Assembly (NCBI GenBank): GCA_945787785.1
Contig: CALZIO010000006.1
Coordinates: forward strand, 9,453-73,452
DNA: 64,000 bases
Source: an uncultured Chromatiaceae bacterium
GTDB taxonomy: Bacteria; Pseudomonadota; Gammaproteobacteria; Tenderiales; Tenderiaceae
Reading direction: 5' to 3'
Positions 41,630 through 51,630 of this stretch are shown here, piece by piece; position 1 is the first letter of the stretch, and the number at the start of each line of letters is the position of its first letter. A program made the translations under genes and the position numbers. The notes beneath the pieces are model-generated. The model worked only from the letters and a program-made list of their open reading frames with translations. It was not told where the DNA came from and did no database searches.

Positions 41630-41866
41630 ATGCTGAGTTATATTTTTCGACTTGCCTTCGATTTTGAGCACAAACATGGCTACTGGCCCAACATGCTCTA
41701 CCTGAATACGGAACAGTTTCGCCACTGGCATGACGAGTTCAGTAATCCTGACGATTTCGATGAAATCAGCCGCCGCCTGAAAATGGAAATTATCATTTCA
41801 GTCGATGCCCTACATCCGCACGTTGCCTGGCTGCCTAATCGCAATCAGGCTATTGCCAGCAGATAA
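41630..41866 (+). CDS. hypothetical small protein (78 aa)
   Basis: Start trimmed to ATG 41630, preceded by AGGAGG (41618-41623). Begins MLSYIFRLAFDFEHKHGYWPN. No family recognised. Confidence 0.45.
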   Translation: MLSYIFRLAFDFEHKHGYWPNMLYLNTEQFRHWHDEFSNPDDFDEISRRLKMEIIISVDALHPHVAWLPNRNQAIASR

Positions 41867-41979
41867 GCGGAGATAGGCTTACTCCCAGCCGCTGCCCAGA
41901 TAACTGGGCAGCAATAGTTCCTGACCCACTTCAAAACCAACCGAGCTGCATCGCTGTCGATTTGCTAAAATCCCTGCAC

Positions 41980-44151
41980 ATGGATGTTACCCACATAATC
42001 GACCCTTTAAACGACCCACAACGCTCCGCCGTTACTGCCAGCCAGGGACAACAACTGGTCCTAGCAGGAGCCGGCAGCGGCAAAACCCGTGTCTTGGTAC
42101 ACCGAATCGCCTGGATTCTGGCAGTGGAAAATGTCTCTCCCTACAACATCATGGCAGTGACTTTCACCAACAAAGCTGCGGCCGAGATGAAACACCGCAT
42201 CGAAGAGCTGCTCGGCCAGCCCATCGGTGGTATGTGGGTCGGCACCTTTCACAGCCTGGCGCACCGTTTCCTGCGTGCCCACTGGAAAGACGCCGGCCTG
42301 CCACAAGCATTCCAAATTCTCGATTCCGATGACCAGTACCGTCTAATCCGGCGCCTGCTCAAAAACCTGGAGCTGGATGAGGCCAAGTGGCCACCACGCC
42401 AGGTGCAGTGGTTTATCAATGCCCGCAAGGACGAAGGCCAACGCCCTGAACACATCGATCATCAAGGCGACCCCTACTCGAAACAGATGGTGCGCATTTA
42501 TCAGGCCTATGAAGATCACTGCCGCAAAGCAGGTTTGGTTGATTTTGCCGAGCTGTTACTACGTGCCCATGAGTTACTGCGAGATCGTGCCGACATCCTG
42601 CATCACTATCGTGAACGCTTTAGTCACGTCCTGGTCGATGAGTTTCAGGATACCAACACCATCCAATACGCCTGGCTGCGACTGCTGACCGGGGAGGGCG
42701 GCAATCTGTTCATCGTCGGCGATGATGACCAGTCGATCTACGGCTGGCGCGGCGCCAAGATCGAAAACATCCACCAGTTCAATCAGGATTACCCCAAAAC
42801 AGAGACGATTCGGCTGGAACAGAATTACCGCTCCACTGCCACCATCCTCAAGGCCGCCAACGCCCTGATCGACAACAATGCCGATCGTCTTGGCAAAGAG
42901 TTATGGACCGATGGCGAGGAGGGCGAACCGATCCAACTCTACACTGCCTTCAATGACCTGGATGAGGCGCGTTTTATCATAGAACGAATTCGTCAATGGA
43001 TTAATGAGGGCAACGCCCGCCGTGATGCAGCCATTCTGTATCGTTCAAATGCACAATCGCGCGTACTGGAGGCCGAGCTGTTACAGCGAGGTATCCCGTA
43101 TCGCATTTATGGTGGCCAACGCTTTTTCGAACGCCAGGAAATAAAAGACGCCATGGCCTACCTGCGCCTGATTGCCAACCGCCATGACGATGGCTCCTTT
43201 GAACGGGTGGTCAACACACCCACGCGCGGCATTGGCGATCGCAGCATGGCAGGTGTGCGTGATCTGGCGCGTGAGCGCGGCATCAGCCTGTGGTATGCAG
43301 CGCAAACCATTATCACTGAGATGCGCCTACCGGCCCGCGCCAGTAATGCCATCAAGGGCTTTCTGGATTTAATCGAATCAATGGCGACAGAATCTCAGGA
43401 GCTTGAGCTGGCCGATTTGACCGACCACGTGCTCAACCGCAGCGGTCTGATCGCGCACTACAAAAAAGAAAAGGGCGAGAAGGGTCAGGCACGGGTAGAA
43501 AACCTGGAAGAACTGGTCAGCGCCGCGCGTGAATTTGAATACGACGAAGAAGAGGCCGAAGGCATGGACATACTCACCGCCTTTCTCGCCCATGCCGCAC
43601 TTGAGGCCGGCGAAGGGCAGGGGGATCCCTGGGAAGATTGCGTGCAACTGATGACTTTGCACTCCGCCAAAGGACTGGAGTTTCCATTAGTGTTTCTGTC
43701 CGGCATGGAAGAAGGGCTATTCCCGCATAAAATGTCACTGGAAGAACCCGGCCGCCTGGAAGAAGAACGCCGCCTCTGTTATGTCGGCGTTACCCGTGCG
43801 CGCAAATCGCTCTACATTACTCATGCTGAAGTGCGCCGCCTGCATGGTCAGGAGAACTATTCACTACCCTCACGCTTTGTCAGGGAAATTCCGGATGAGC
43901 TGATTCAAACCATTCGCCCCAAGGCAAACATCTCACGCCCTGGCATATCAAGCTTCAACGATGATTTTGAATATAACCAGGAAACACCCGATGGGTTTCA
44001 TCTCGGTCAGCGCGTTTTGCATCCAAAATTTGGCGCAGGCGTATTGCTCAATTATGAAGGGCAGGGCAGCAGTGCCCGGGTACAAGTCAACTTTGATGAT
44101 GCCGGCACTAAGTGGCTGGTAACCGCCTACGCGAATCTGCAAGCTTGTTAA
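41980..44151 (+). CDS. uvrD: DNA helicase II
   Basis: Start trimmed to MDVTHIIDPLNDPQRSAV. Walker A AGAGSGKT, DEFQDTN, and a full set of SF1 helicase motifs. Confidence 0.95.
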   Translation: MDVTHIIDPLNDPQRSAVTASQGQQLVLAGAGSGKTRVLVHRIAWILAVENVSPYNIMAVTFTNKAAAEMKHRIEELLGQPIGGMWVGTFHSLAHRFLRAHWKDAGLPQAFQILDSDDQYRLIRRLLKNLELDEAKWPPRQVQWFINARKDEGQRPEHIDHQGDPYSKQMVRIYQAYEDHCRKAGLVDFAELLLRAHELLRDRADILHHYRERFSHVLVDEFQDTNTIQYAWLRLLTGEGGNLFIVGDDDQSIYGWRGAKIENIHQFNQDYPKTETIRLEQNYRSTATILKAANALIDNNADRLGKELWTDGEEGEPIQLYTAFNDLDEARFIIERIRQWINEGNARRDAAILYRSNAQSRVLEAELLQRGIPYRIYGGQRFFERQEIKDAMAYLRLIANRHDDGSFERVVNTPTRGIGDRSMAGVRDLARERGISLWYAAQTIITEMRLPARASNAIKGFLDLIESMATESQELELADLTDHVLNRSGLIAHYKKEKGEKGQARVENLEELVSAAREFEYDEEEAEGMDILTAFLAHAALEAGEGQGDPWEDCVQLMTLHSAKGLEFPLVFLSGMEEGLFPHKMSLEEPGRLEEERRLCYVGVTRARKSLYITHAEVRRLHGQENYSLPSRFVREIPDELIQTIRPKANISRPGISSFNDDFEYNQETPDGFHLGQRVLHPKFGAGVLLNYEGQGSSARVQVNFDDAGTKWLVTAYANLQAC

Positions 44152-44440
44152 GGAGCCTCTGATCAAGTCATGAACGAATATCTTGAGTCCAAAATATCCA
44201 ACTTCTTTGTTGCAAATCTTCGCAATAGCTGGCTATTCCGTGCGATTTGCGCCTTGAATTTGAACATTTAGAATCTCAATCTTTTTCGTCCAGACTTAAT
44301 CAGAAGCTCCTTAAGTATTAATCATCCTTAAAGGATAATGGTTGATCTAAACGATTAAGGAATACTTCCAGCTACAAATTGCACCCTCATCGTGGCTACG
44401 CTACCATCAACAAAAACCGATCAGTCACAGGAATAACAAT

Positions 44441-45523
44441 ATGAAACGCCGCGACTTTATTAAGAAAGCTGCCGGAGGTGCGTTGGTAGCAGCAAGCGCC
44501 ACGACAGCTGCACCCGCCATTGCTGCACGCAAACGTTTTAACTGGAAGCTGGTTACCACCTGGCCACCCAATTTTCCAATCTTTCAGGAAGGCGTAGAGA
44601 AATTCGCCAAAGATATTGAGCTGATGAGCGACCGCAATCTGCGCATCAGTGTGTTTGCTGGCGGCGAACTGGTGCCCGCTTTGCAAACATTCGATGCCGT
44701 GTCACAAGGCACTGTGCAAATGGGCCACGGCGCGGCCTATTACTGGGCGGGTAAAGTTCCGGCAGCACAGTTTTTTACCGCCGTTCCGTTTGGCATGAAT
44801 GCCCAGGGGATGAATGCCTGGCTCTACCAAGGTGCCGGTCTCAACTTATGGCGCGATGTGTATAAGCCTTTTAATCTAATGCCTTTCCCTATGGGGAATA
44901 CCGGCGTGCAGATGGGCGGCTGGTTCCGCAAAAAGATAAACTCCATTGATGATCTGAAAGGCCTTAAGATGCGTATCCCCGGCCTGGGTGGCAAGGTGAT
45001 GGCAAAGGCAGGGGTTAACCCGGTACTGCTGGCTGGTGGCGAGATATACACCGCCCTCGAACGTGGCACCATCGATGCCACAGAATGGGTGGGTCCTTTT
45101 CATGACCAACGCCTTGGTTTATATCGCGCCGCCAAGAATTATTACTACCCTGGCTGGCATGAGCCTGGCCCGGTGCTCGAGCTCACTTGCAATCTGCAGG
45201 CCTGGCAGGAGCTTCCGCGCGAATATCAAATTATGATTGAAACCGCTGCTGCCGCAGCCAATACCTGGATGTTGGCAGAATTTGAGGCCAAAAACTTATT
45301 AGCTCTGCGAGAATTGAAACAGAAATATAAAGTCGAAGTGCTCGAATTTCCTGCTGATGTGATCAAAGAATTACGGCGCCTGACGGATGAAACCCTGGAA
45401 GAAGAGGCGAATAAAGACAAGACTTTTCGCCAAGTCTATCAGGCCTATAAATCATATCGCGAAAACAATGATACCTGGAACGAAATATCTGAAGCAGCCT
45501 ATGCCAGGGCACTAAAACTCTAA
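44441..45523 (+). CDS. TRAP transporter solute-binding subunit (DctP family) with Tat signal
   Basis: Twin-arginine leader MKRRDFIKKAAGGALVAASATTAAPAIA. DctP-type body (ALERGTIDATEWVGP). Confidence 0.85.
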   Translation: MKRRDFIKKAAGGALVAASATTAAPAIAARKRFNWKLVTTWPPNFPIFQEGVEKFAKDIELMSDRNLRISVFAGGELVPALQTFDAVSQGTVQMGHGAAYYWAGKVPAAQFFTAVPFGMNAQGMNAWLYQGAGLNLWRDVYKPFNLMPFPMGNTGVQMGGWFRKKINSIDDLKGLKMRIPGLGGKVMAKAGVNPVLLAGGEIYTALERGTIDATEWVGPFHDQRLGLYRAAKNYYYPGWHEPGPVLELTCNLQAWQELPREYQIMIETAAAAANTWMLAEFEAKNLLALRELKQKYKVEVLEFPADVIKELRRLTDETLEEEANKDKTFRQVYQAYKSYRENNDTWNEISEAAYARALKL

Positions 45524-45530
45524 GCAACAC

Positions 45531-45560
45531 GGCCGCCGTCAACCACGGCGGCCTGTTTCA
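45531..45560 (+). terminator. rho-independent terminator after the TRAP binding-protein gene
   Basis: GGCCGCCGT-caacc-ACGGCGGCC followed by TGTTTCATT. Confidence 0.7.
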
Positions 45561-45735
45561 TTCTATCCATACTCAAGCCTCTGATTTGGTAAAGGTTATT
45601 TTATTAACCATTTTTATCCTAATTTCTATTAAAGCTCTCATAAGCTTCCCCGATATCTATGAGAAGACAATCTCATTACAGATAAACAACAAGCCTTAAT
45701 ACTTCAATCAGAGCAGGGCATCAGGAAACCGGTAT

Positions 45736-46245
45736 ATGAAGCTTTTTAACCCCAGCACCCAACAATCAAGTTCACGACGACTACTCATAAACATACGCAA
45801 TATTCTGTTTATTGCGCTGGCACTTTCCAGTGTAAACGTCATTGCCGGTGGTGGCGGTGGCGGCCCATCAATCACTGATGGCGCAGCCAACTATTACACC
45901 ATTGAGCCAGCAATCGTGGTTAATATTCTCGATGGCAACGATTTACGTTTTATGCAGATCGCCATTGACGTAATGTCTATGGACAGCGAAGCCATCAATG
46001 CCATGCAAGATCACCAGGCGCCTATTCGCCATGAACTAATCATGCTGTTTGCCCACCGCGACATCTCAGAAGTACTGGGATTACAACAACGCGAACAATT
46101 GCGTCAGGAGGCATTGAGCCGTATACAGGAAGCTTTGGTTAAGTATGCAGACATCGAGTCTAGTGCCAAAGGTGAAACCGAAGAAGGAAAAAAATACCCC
46201 TTGGGCATTCAAGAGGTATTGTTTACTAACTTTGTGATTCAGTAG
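45736..46245 (+). CDS. FliL-family protein (orphan)
   Basis: N-terminal TM followed by a Gly6 run. The core YYTIEPAIVVNILDG..RFMQIAIDV...PIRHELIMLF...QEVLFTNFVIQ aligns by eye with the E. coli FliL pattern (FYALDTFTVNL...YIGITL...EVRSRLLLLF...VLYTAFILR). Confidence 0.65.
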   Translation: MKLFNPSTQQSSSRRLLINIRNILFIALALSSVNVIAGGGGGGPSITDGAANYYTIEPAIVVNILDGNDLRFMQIAIDVMSMDSEAINAMQDHQAPIRHELIMLFAHRDISEVLGLQQREQLRQEALSRIQEALVKYADIESSAKGETEEGKKYPLGIQEVLFTNFVIQ

Positions 46246-47561
46246 CCTTTCATTTCGTTCATCAGATCGGGTAACCACTGCACCGTTTCTGGAAAAGCCA
46301 CCAACAGACCAAGCACCACGATCTGAATCAACACAAACGGAATCACGCCTTTATAGATGTGCTGGATGCGCACCTCGGGTGGGGCCGCTGCCTTGAGGTA
46401 AAACAGCGAAAACCCGAACGGCGGCGTTAAAAATGAGGTCTGCAGGTTCATGGCAATCAGCACTGCAAACCAGAGCATGTTGATATCCATCAACTCGGCA
46501 ATTGGCGCCAGAATCGGCACCACAATAAAACAGATCTCGAGAAAATCGAGAAAAAATCCCAACACAAAAATCAGCGCCATGCTGATGGCAATGAAGGCCC
46601 ATTCACCACCGGGCAGCTCCATCATGAAGTCTTCCACCACAAAGTCCCCACCCATGGAACGGAACACCAGGCCAAAGGCTGTCGCTCCGATCAGTATCAT
46701 GAAGACCATGCTGGTGAGGCGGGCGGTCTGCTGCGCCGCCTGCTGGACATTTTTCAGGTTGAGGCGTTTATGCATCGCCGCCAACAACATTGCCCCCAAA
46801 GCACCCACCGCGGCAGATTCAGTGGGTGAAGCAACACCAAAAAAGATAGAGCCGAGCACGGCAAAGACCAACAGCAGCGGGGGCAACAGGCTCTTCAACA
46901 CCTTTATGCCCAGACCTGCCCCATCATTTTCGGCCTCCAAAGGCGGTGCCAGCTTGGGGCGGATAAAGGCAATGATCAAGATATAAATCATGAAGGCCAG
47001 CACCAGTAGCAGACCCGGCACCACCGCCGCGGCAAACAGCTCGCCGACGGGCACACCAATGACATCACCAAGCAGGATCAAAATAATACTGGGCGGAATT
47101 ATCTGCCCCAGCGTACCTGAAGCAGCAATAGTGCCTGACGCCAGGCTAGTGTCATAGCCCCGCTTTAACATTGCCGGCAGTGCGATGATGCCCATTGTGA
47201 CCACCGTGGCACCCACCACGCCGGTGGTCGCAGCCAGCAATGCGCCAACCGCCACAATCGATACCGCCAGACCACCACGGATACGGCCAAACAGCTGGCC
47301 CATGGTTTCGAGCAACTCCTCCGCCAGACCTGATCTTTCCAGCATCACCCCCATGAACACGAACAAGGGCACCGCCAGCAGGGTGAAGTTGGTCATCACC
47401 CCCCAGACCCGCATCGGCAACAGCTGGAACTCCTGCCAGCCGAGGAAATAGCCTCCAAACACCATCGCTACCGCACCTAGGGTAAAGGCAACGGGAAACC
47501 CGATCAGCAGCAACACAATGGCCACCGCAAACATCATAATTGCCCAGTATTCCATCTCCAT
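46239..47561 (-). CDS. TRAP transporter large permease (DctM)
   Basis: 440-aa polytopic protein with typical DctM composition. Start overlaps the dctQ stop. Confidence 0.9.
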   Translation of the reverse strand: MEMEYWAIMMFAVAIVLLLIGFPVAFTLGAVAMVFGGYFLGWQEFQLLPMRVWGVMTNFTLLAVPLFVFMGVMLERSGLAEELLETMGQLFGRIRGGLAVSIVAVGALLAATTGVVGATVVTMGIIALPAMLKRGYDTSLASGTIAASGTLGQIIPPSIILILLGDVIGVPVGELFAAAVVPGLLLVLAFMIYILIIAFIRPKLAPPLEAENDGAGLGIKVLKSLLPPLLLVFAVLGSIFFGVASPTESAAVGALGAMLLAAMHKRLNLKNVQQAAQQTARLTSMVFMILIGATAFGLVFRSMGGDFVVEDFMMELPGGEWAFIAISMALIFVLGFFLDFLEICFIVVPILAPIAELMDINMLWFAVLIAMNLQTSFLTPPFGFSLFYLKAAAPPEVRIQHIYKGVIPFVLIQIVVLGLLVAFPETVQWLPDLMNEMKGY

Positions 47562-48112
47562 TAGCGGGAATCCTGCCGATCAAACTCGCCGGGGGCGACT
47601 ATGGTTTGCAAACTGCGAATACACAGCGCAACTCCCTGCAGCACCAGCAACACAAACCCGGCAGGGATCATCGCCTTCAGCAACCAGCGATAAGGCAGGC
47701 CGCCTGGATCAGGCGAGGACTCGCCCCAACCGTAGGACTGCTCCACAAACGGCACAGCACTGATAATCATCAACACACAAAACGGAAACAACAAAAACAG
47801 ACAACCAAACAGATTCACCATGGCCTGGCGTCGGGGTGTCATCCACTTGGCTTGATAAATGACATCGACCCGGACATGTTCGTCATGCTTGAGGGTGTAG
47901 GCGGCGCCAAACAGAAAGATCAGCGCGAACAGATGCCACTCCAGCTCTTGCAGCGCGACCGACCCGGCCTGGAACAGATAACGCATGGTCACGTCGTAAC
48001 AGACCAGCAGTACCAGGGCTATTACCAGCCAGGCGGCGAGGCGGCCAATCCATTCATTGAGCTGGTCGATCAGGCCAGCCAGCTTGTTTAGCTGTTGCAG
48101 CAGAACATTCAT
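47561..48112 (-). CDS. TRAP transporter small permease (DctQ)
   Basis: 183 aa with 4 TM helices, immediately upstream of dctM. Confidence 0.8.
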   Translation of the reverse strand: MNVLLQQLNKLAGLIDQLNEWIGRLAAWLVIALVLLVCYDVTMRYLFQAGSVALQELEWHLFALIFLFGAAYTLKHDEHVRVDVIYQAKWMTPRRQAMVNLFGCLFLLFPFCVLMIISAVPFVEQSYGWGESSPDPGGLPYRWLLKAMIPAGFVLLVLQGVALCIRSLQTIVAPGEFDRQDSR

Positions 48113-48255
48113 AAGACATCGCCAAGGGCAGGTTAACCGAAGCCGCGCATTTTACCGGCTCAATCGAGGGGTTAGAAGTAAATCAAGAGGATTAATTTAA
48201 ATTTAAGGTCAACCCTAAAAATAGACACAACATTATTCTCATAAAAAACAACGAA

Positions 48256-49005
48256 TTACTGGAGCCTGCCAGAATACTGCAATGGCACCTGACCATCCTT
48301 GCCCGGCCGCCCCATGGCCTGCACGCCCTGCACCAGCATTGTTTGTTGCCTGTCGCGCACGCCCACTGAGCCATTGAAATCATAGGCACCATCAGGCGAT
48401 AACATGACAATCCCATCGAGTTGCAGCGGGCCACCCTCATCCTTAACCAATCCCTTCACACCCGCCTCTTCAGTGGTGAGTTCAGCAACAAATTCACCCA
48501 AAGGCTGCGCGATAGGGGAGACGACCCCCGCCCGCTGCCAGCGGATATTGCCCTCGGCGGACCGGATTAATTGACCCATCAGTTCGGCGCTCTGCAGCTG
48601 CACATCAAATCGCCCCCCCAAATCAACCGGAGTATTAAGCAGGGCAGAGACCTCCGCTGCTGACACCTGTAAATCCACAGCACTCAACTGGATTAGCCCA
48701 TCCGCGTGCAGACCAACATTGGCGCTACCCGCGAGCTCGGTACCATCAAGTTCAACATCAATATTAAGCTGCCCAAGTAATACCGACCATGGCTTGACCT
48801 GCCAACTCACCCGTTCGAGATTGCGCCCTTCAACCTGCAACAACACGGCTTTACCTGACCAGGCAGTGCCCGATAAACCGGCGGCGCGTACATTCATTGC
48901 TTCCATATTGAGCAAGGCAAAGGCACGCTCGGCAGGAAAACTGGCGATTAGAAAACCGGCATAAGCCAACACACCTAGTACAACATATCCAACCAATCGC
49001 ATCAT
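48256..49005 (-). CDS. gspN: type II secretion system protein N
   Basis: Last gene of the gsp operon. N-terminal TM. Size and position are typical of GspN. Confidence 0.7.
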   Translation of the reverse strand: MMRLVGYVVLGVLAYAGFLIASFPAERAFALLNMEAMNVRAAGLSGTAWSGKAVLLQVEGRNLERVSWQVKPWSVLLGQLNIDVELDGTELAGSANVGLHADGLIQLSAVDLQVSAAEVSALLNTPVDLGGRFDVQLQSAELMGQLIRSAEGNIRWQRAGVVSPIAQPLGEFVAELTTEEAGVKGLVKDEGGPLQLDGIVMLSPDGAYDFNGSVGVRDRQQTMLVQGVQAMGRPGKDGQVPLQYSGRLQ

Positions 49006-49496
49006 GCGCCGGGTGCCTCCAGGGTAATTCGGGCATTGATGCGGCCGGCAATATCCTGACGATCAATGGTGATGGTCGCCACGGCTAAGCCATTTTTCTG
49101 CTCCAGATTAGTCAACCAGGCCACCATGCCATCGAATGAGACTTGCTCAAGCCACACTTTCACCGCCGCTTGGCCATCGGGTTCCAGTCGTTTCAAGCTC
49201 GCCCCTAAACCCTGGCGCTTGGCTGTTTGATCCACCACTGCCAACAAAGAACGGCCGCCCCGTGGACGCGAGGTTTTACTGCTAGCGACACCACGCAGCT
49301 GCTTCACTTCGGCCGATGCCTGGCTCATCCAATTTTTTACCGCCTGCTGTTCTTTTACCTGTTGCTGCAAAGCGGCAACATCATTCTTTAACGGCATCCA
49401 GATTGCGAAATAGGGCAGGATAAACATCAGTGCCACAGCACCGATGATTAACATGCGCCTTTCACTGGCCTGCAGGCCTGACCACCACTGCTTCAT
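49002..49496 (-). CDS. gspM: type II secretion system protein M
   Basis: 164 aa, single TM. 4-nt overlaps with gspL and gspN. Confidence 0.8.
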   Translation of the reverse strand: MKQWWSGLQASERRMLIIGAVALMFILPYFAIWMPLKNDVAALQQQVKEQQAVKNWMSQASAEVKQLRGVASSKTSRPRGGRSLLAVVDQTAKRQGLGASLKRLEPDGQAAVKVWLEQVSFDGMVAWLTNLEQKNGLAVATITIDRQDIAGRINARITLEAPGA

Positions 49497-50695
49497 GATG
49501 CCGCCCCCTTAATTCTCATGCGCGCCTCAACCTGGTTACCCTTGGAGCTGGCGGACTGAATTTCTACGCTCAAGCCAGCCTTCTCAACAAGCCGTTGCTT
49601 GAGTTGATCAAGCTGTTGCAGGTCGCTGACTTTTAGCGAAACATCCAGCAGGCCGTCCTTGTAACTCAAGCGTTCCACCGCTAATCTGTCGCTATCTTTG
49701 AATTGCTCACCTGCCCGAGCCAACAACTCGGTAAAGCTACCACCGTCGGCGCTACTCCCCCCGCGCAGGGATTTAAGTGCGCGCTCCATTTGCACTTTGG
49801 CGTTCACCACCTTACGTGCCTCGGGAAACGTCTGACGATAAACTTGTTCAATCTCGGCTATTAACTCGTCGCTCTGGGTAGACAGGCGCTGCTGATCAAC
49901 AATGCCAATAGTAAACTGCACCACCACAAACACTGCCAGCAAAGCGGCGGCAGCACGCCAAGGGCGCCAGTATTTGCTCACCCTTTCACGGCGGCTGTAC
50001 TGCCCTTGCAACAGATTTAAGCTGTTTTTTTCATCATAAGCCGCGGCCATAACCGACACAGGCAAACCCGAGGCCGGCTCTTCCAGCAAATCAAGGTTTA
50101 GCTCAGGCAAAGGTTCAGCCGTCTCAGAAAAATCTTGCAACTTGACACTGTCAGGCTTGGCATCACCCACTTCTGCTAACAGTGCTTCCAGGGTTAAGCC
50201 GGCATTGTCATAATCAAAGACCAAGCCCGTTTGTGGGCCAGTGCGTAACAGAAAACGATTATCCAATCGCAGCAGATGCCAACCGTTTTCTTTCAAAGGC
50301 AAGGCCAGCACATCAGGGATAATTTGTTCCGCCTCGATACCTGCGTCGCGCAACATATCGAGCCAGCTTTCCATCCTGGCATGACTCACAACCGCAACCC
50401 TGACCTCTTCACCACTGATAGCACCAAAGGCAAAATGCAACTCTTCGACATCATCAATCAGTTGTTCTTCAAGGGCATAAGGTACCGCCTGGGCCAATAG
50501 GCGCCGCTTTTGACCCGGCACTTCGGCCTGACACAACAACACCTCATCACCTGGAACGAACACAATGACGCGCTCGCCACTGCTATCGATTTCCGCTAAT
50601 GGACCCTGACCGCGGTCTTTGGCCGTGCCATCCGCTGCCAGCTTGATCCAACTGGCGTTGTCTGCCGATTCGAGATAGATAAACAGCGCCATCAA
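49493..50695 (-). CDS. gspL: type II secretion system protein L
   Basis: 400-aa bitopic protein. Position between gspK and gspM. Confidence 0.8.
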   Translation of the reverse strand: MMALFIYLESADNASWIKLAADGTAKDRGQGPLAEIDSSGERVIVFVPGDEVLLCQAEVPGQKRRLLAQAVPYALEEQLIDDVEELHFAFGAISGEEVRVAVVSHARMESWLDMLRDAGIEAEQIIPDVLALPLKENGWHLLRLDNRFLLRTGPQTGLVFDYDNAGLTLEALLAEVGDAKPDSVKLQDFSETAEPLPELNLDLLEEPASGLPVSVMAAAYDEKNSLNLLQGQYSRRERVSKYWRPWRAAAALLAVFVVVQFTIGIVDQQRLSTQSDELIAEIEQVYRQTFPEARKVVNAKVQMERALKSLRGGSSADGGSFTELLARAGEQFKDSDRLAVERLSYKDGLLDVSLKVSDLQQLDQLKQRLVEKAGLSVEIQSASSKGNQVEARMRIKGAAS

Positions 50696-51630
50696 TAAAC
50701 TCCTCGGCTGCGCATAATTACTTTTACCTTACCGTCCTTATCCCGCTCGAGTAGACTATTTAACTTACTGGTGGATTGATCGAACTCTGCCATGGCATTT
50801 AATAGAAAATATTCACTTCCAACAGATAATTGAGCCGCATCATAATCCTTATCATCCTTAAGCAGCGGTTCTTCATTAAAAGCTTCGATATCGGCAAACG
50901 CATCTTCATCTCTCGTATCGACCAACTGCTCACCTTGTTCAACCGTCAGATTTTTACTCAACGATGCCAGTATCTCAGCCGGAGCAGTGTTAACGTTGAT
51001 TGCCGTTTCATTCACGGGTAATGCCGTCACGAAGGGTTCCAACACCAGATAACTTTCATAGTCTACCCCCTTGACCAACAACAATTCACTGCCGCTAGCC
51101 ATATTGCCATGAGCACTGCGATAAGGCGGATCCTGCAACATATAATAATCATCTTCGGCGCCATCAAGACCCGTTGGGTCAGGATTATCATCCAACCAGT
51201 CGAGCACTGCTTCAGCAATCCCTTCCTCCAGCTCCAACACCTTTAATAGTCTCTTGAAGCGCTCGAACATTAAATCGTTCTTTTTACCATCGGCCTTAAT
51301 CAGGCTATTAACATTGAAACGCCCCTGCAAATCCTGCAGCGATCCGGTTAGCATCGCACCTTCTACCGGCACCGAAACCACCCGCGCCCAGTCTTCCTCC
51401 ATATGGTCAATTTTTTTGTCGTCACCCTTTTTGGTCGTGATATCCCATTCCAGCACATTGCGGGCGTAATCTTCCGCCCCCAGTGCAAACAGATAGGCCT
51501 TGTCACTATTAAAAATATTGGCCGTACGACGAATATCGAACTGCTGCCTTGAGGCCATCGCTACCGCCACCACAGTAACCAAGGCGACGATCAATACAGC
51601 AGTTATCAAGGCCACGCCCTGCTGTTTCAT
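50692..51630 (-). CDS. gspK: type II secretion minor pseudopilin K
   Basis: N-terminus MKQQGVALITAVLIVALVTVVAV. About 310 aa. Confidence 0.85.
   Translation of the reverse strand: MKQQGVALITAVLIVALVTVVAVAMASRQQFDIRRTANIFNSDKAYLFALGAEDYARNVLEWDITTKKGDDKKIDHMEEDWARVVSVPVEGAMLTGSLQDLQGRFNVNSLIKADGKKNDLMFERFKRLLKVLELEEGIAEAVLDWLDDNPDPTGLDGAEDDYYMLQDPPYRSAHGNMASGSELLLVKGVDYESYLVLEPFVTALPVNETAINVNTAPAEILASLSKNLTVEQGEQLVDTRDEDAFADIEAFNEEPLLKDDKDYDAAQLSVGSEYFLLNAMAEFDQSTSKLNSLLERDKDGKVKVIMRSRGVY

Noticed and set aside
47540-48091. 183-aa + strand ORF, exactly the same length as the dctQ ORF on the opposite strand.
   Set aside because: It is a mirror ORF. Its translation is low-complexity, Gln/His/Arg-rich and lacks TM helices, whereas the minus-strand product is a convincing 4-TM DctQ coupled to dctM. 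The same reasoning applies to other long antisense ORFs (15902-16381, 31662-32195, 37198-37845, 46450-46986, 54137-54604, 56954-57445).
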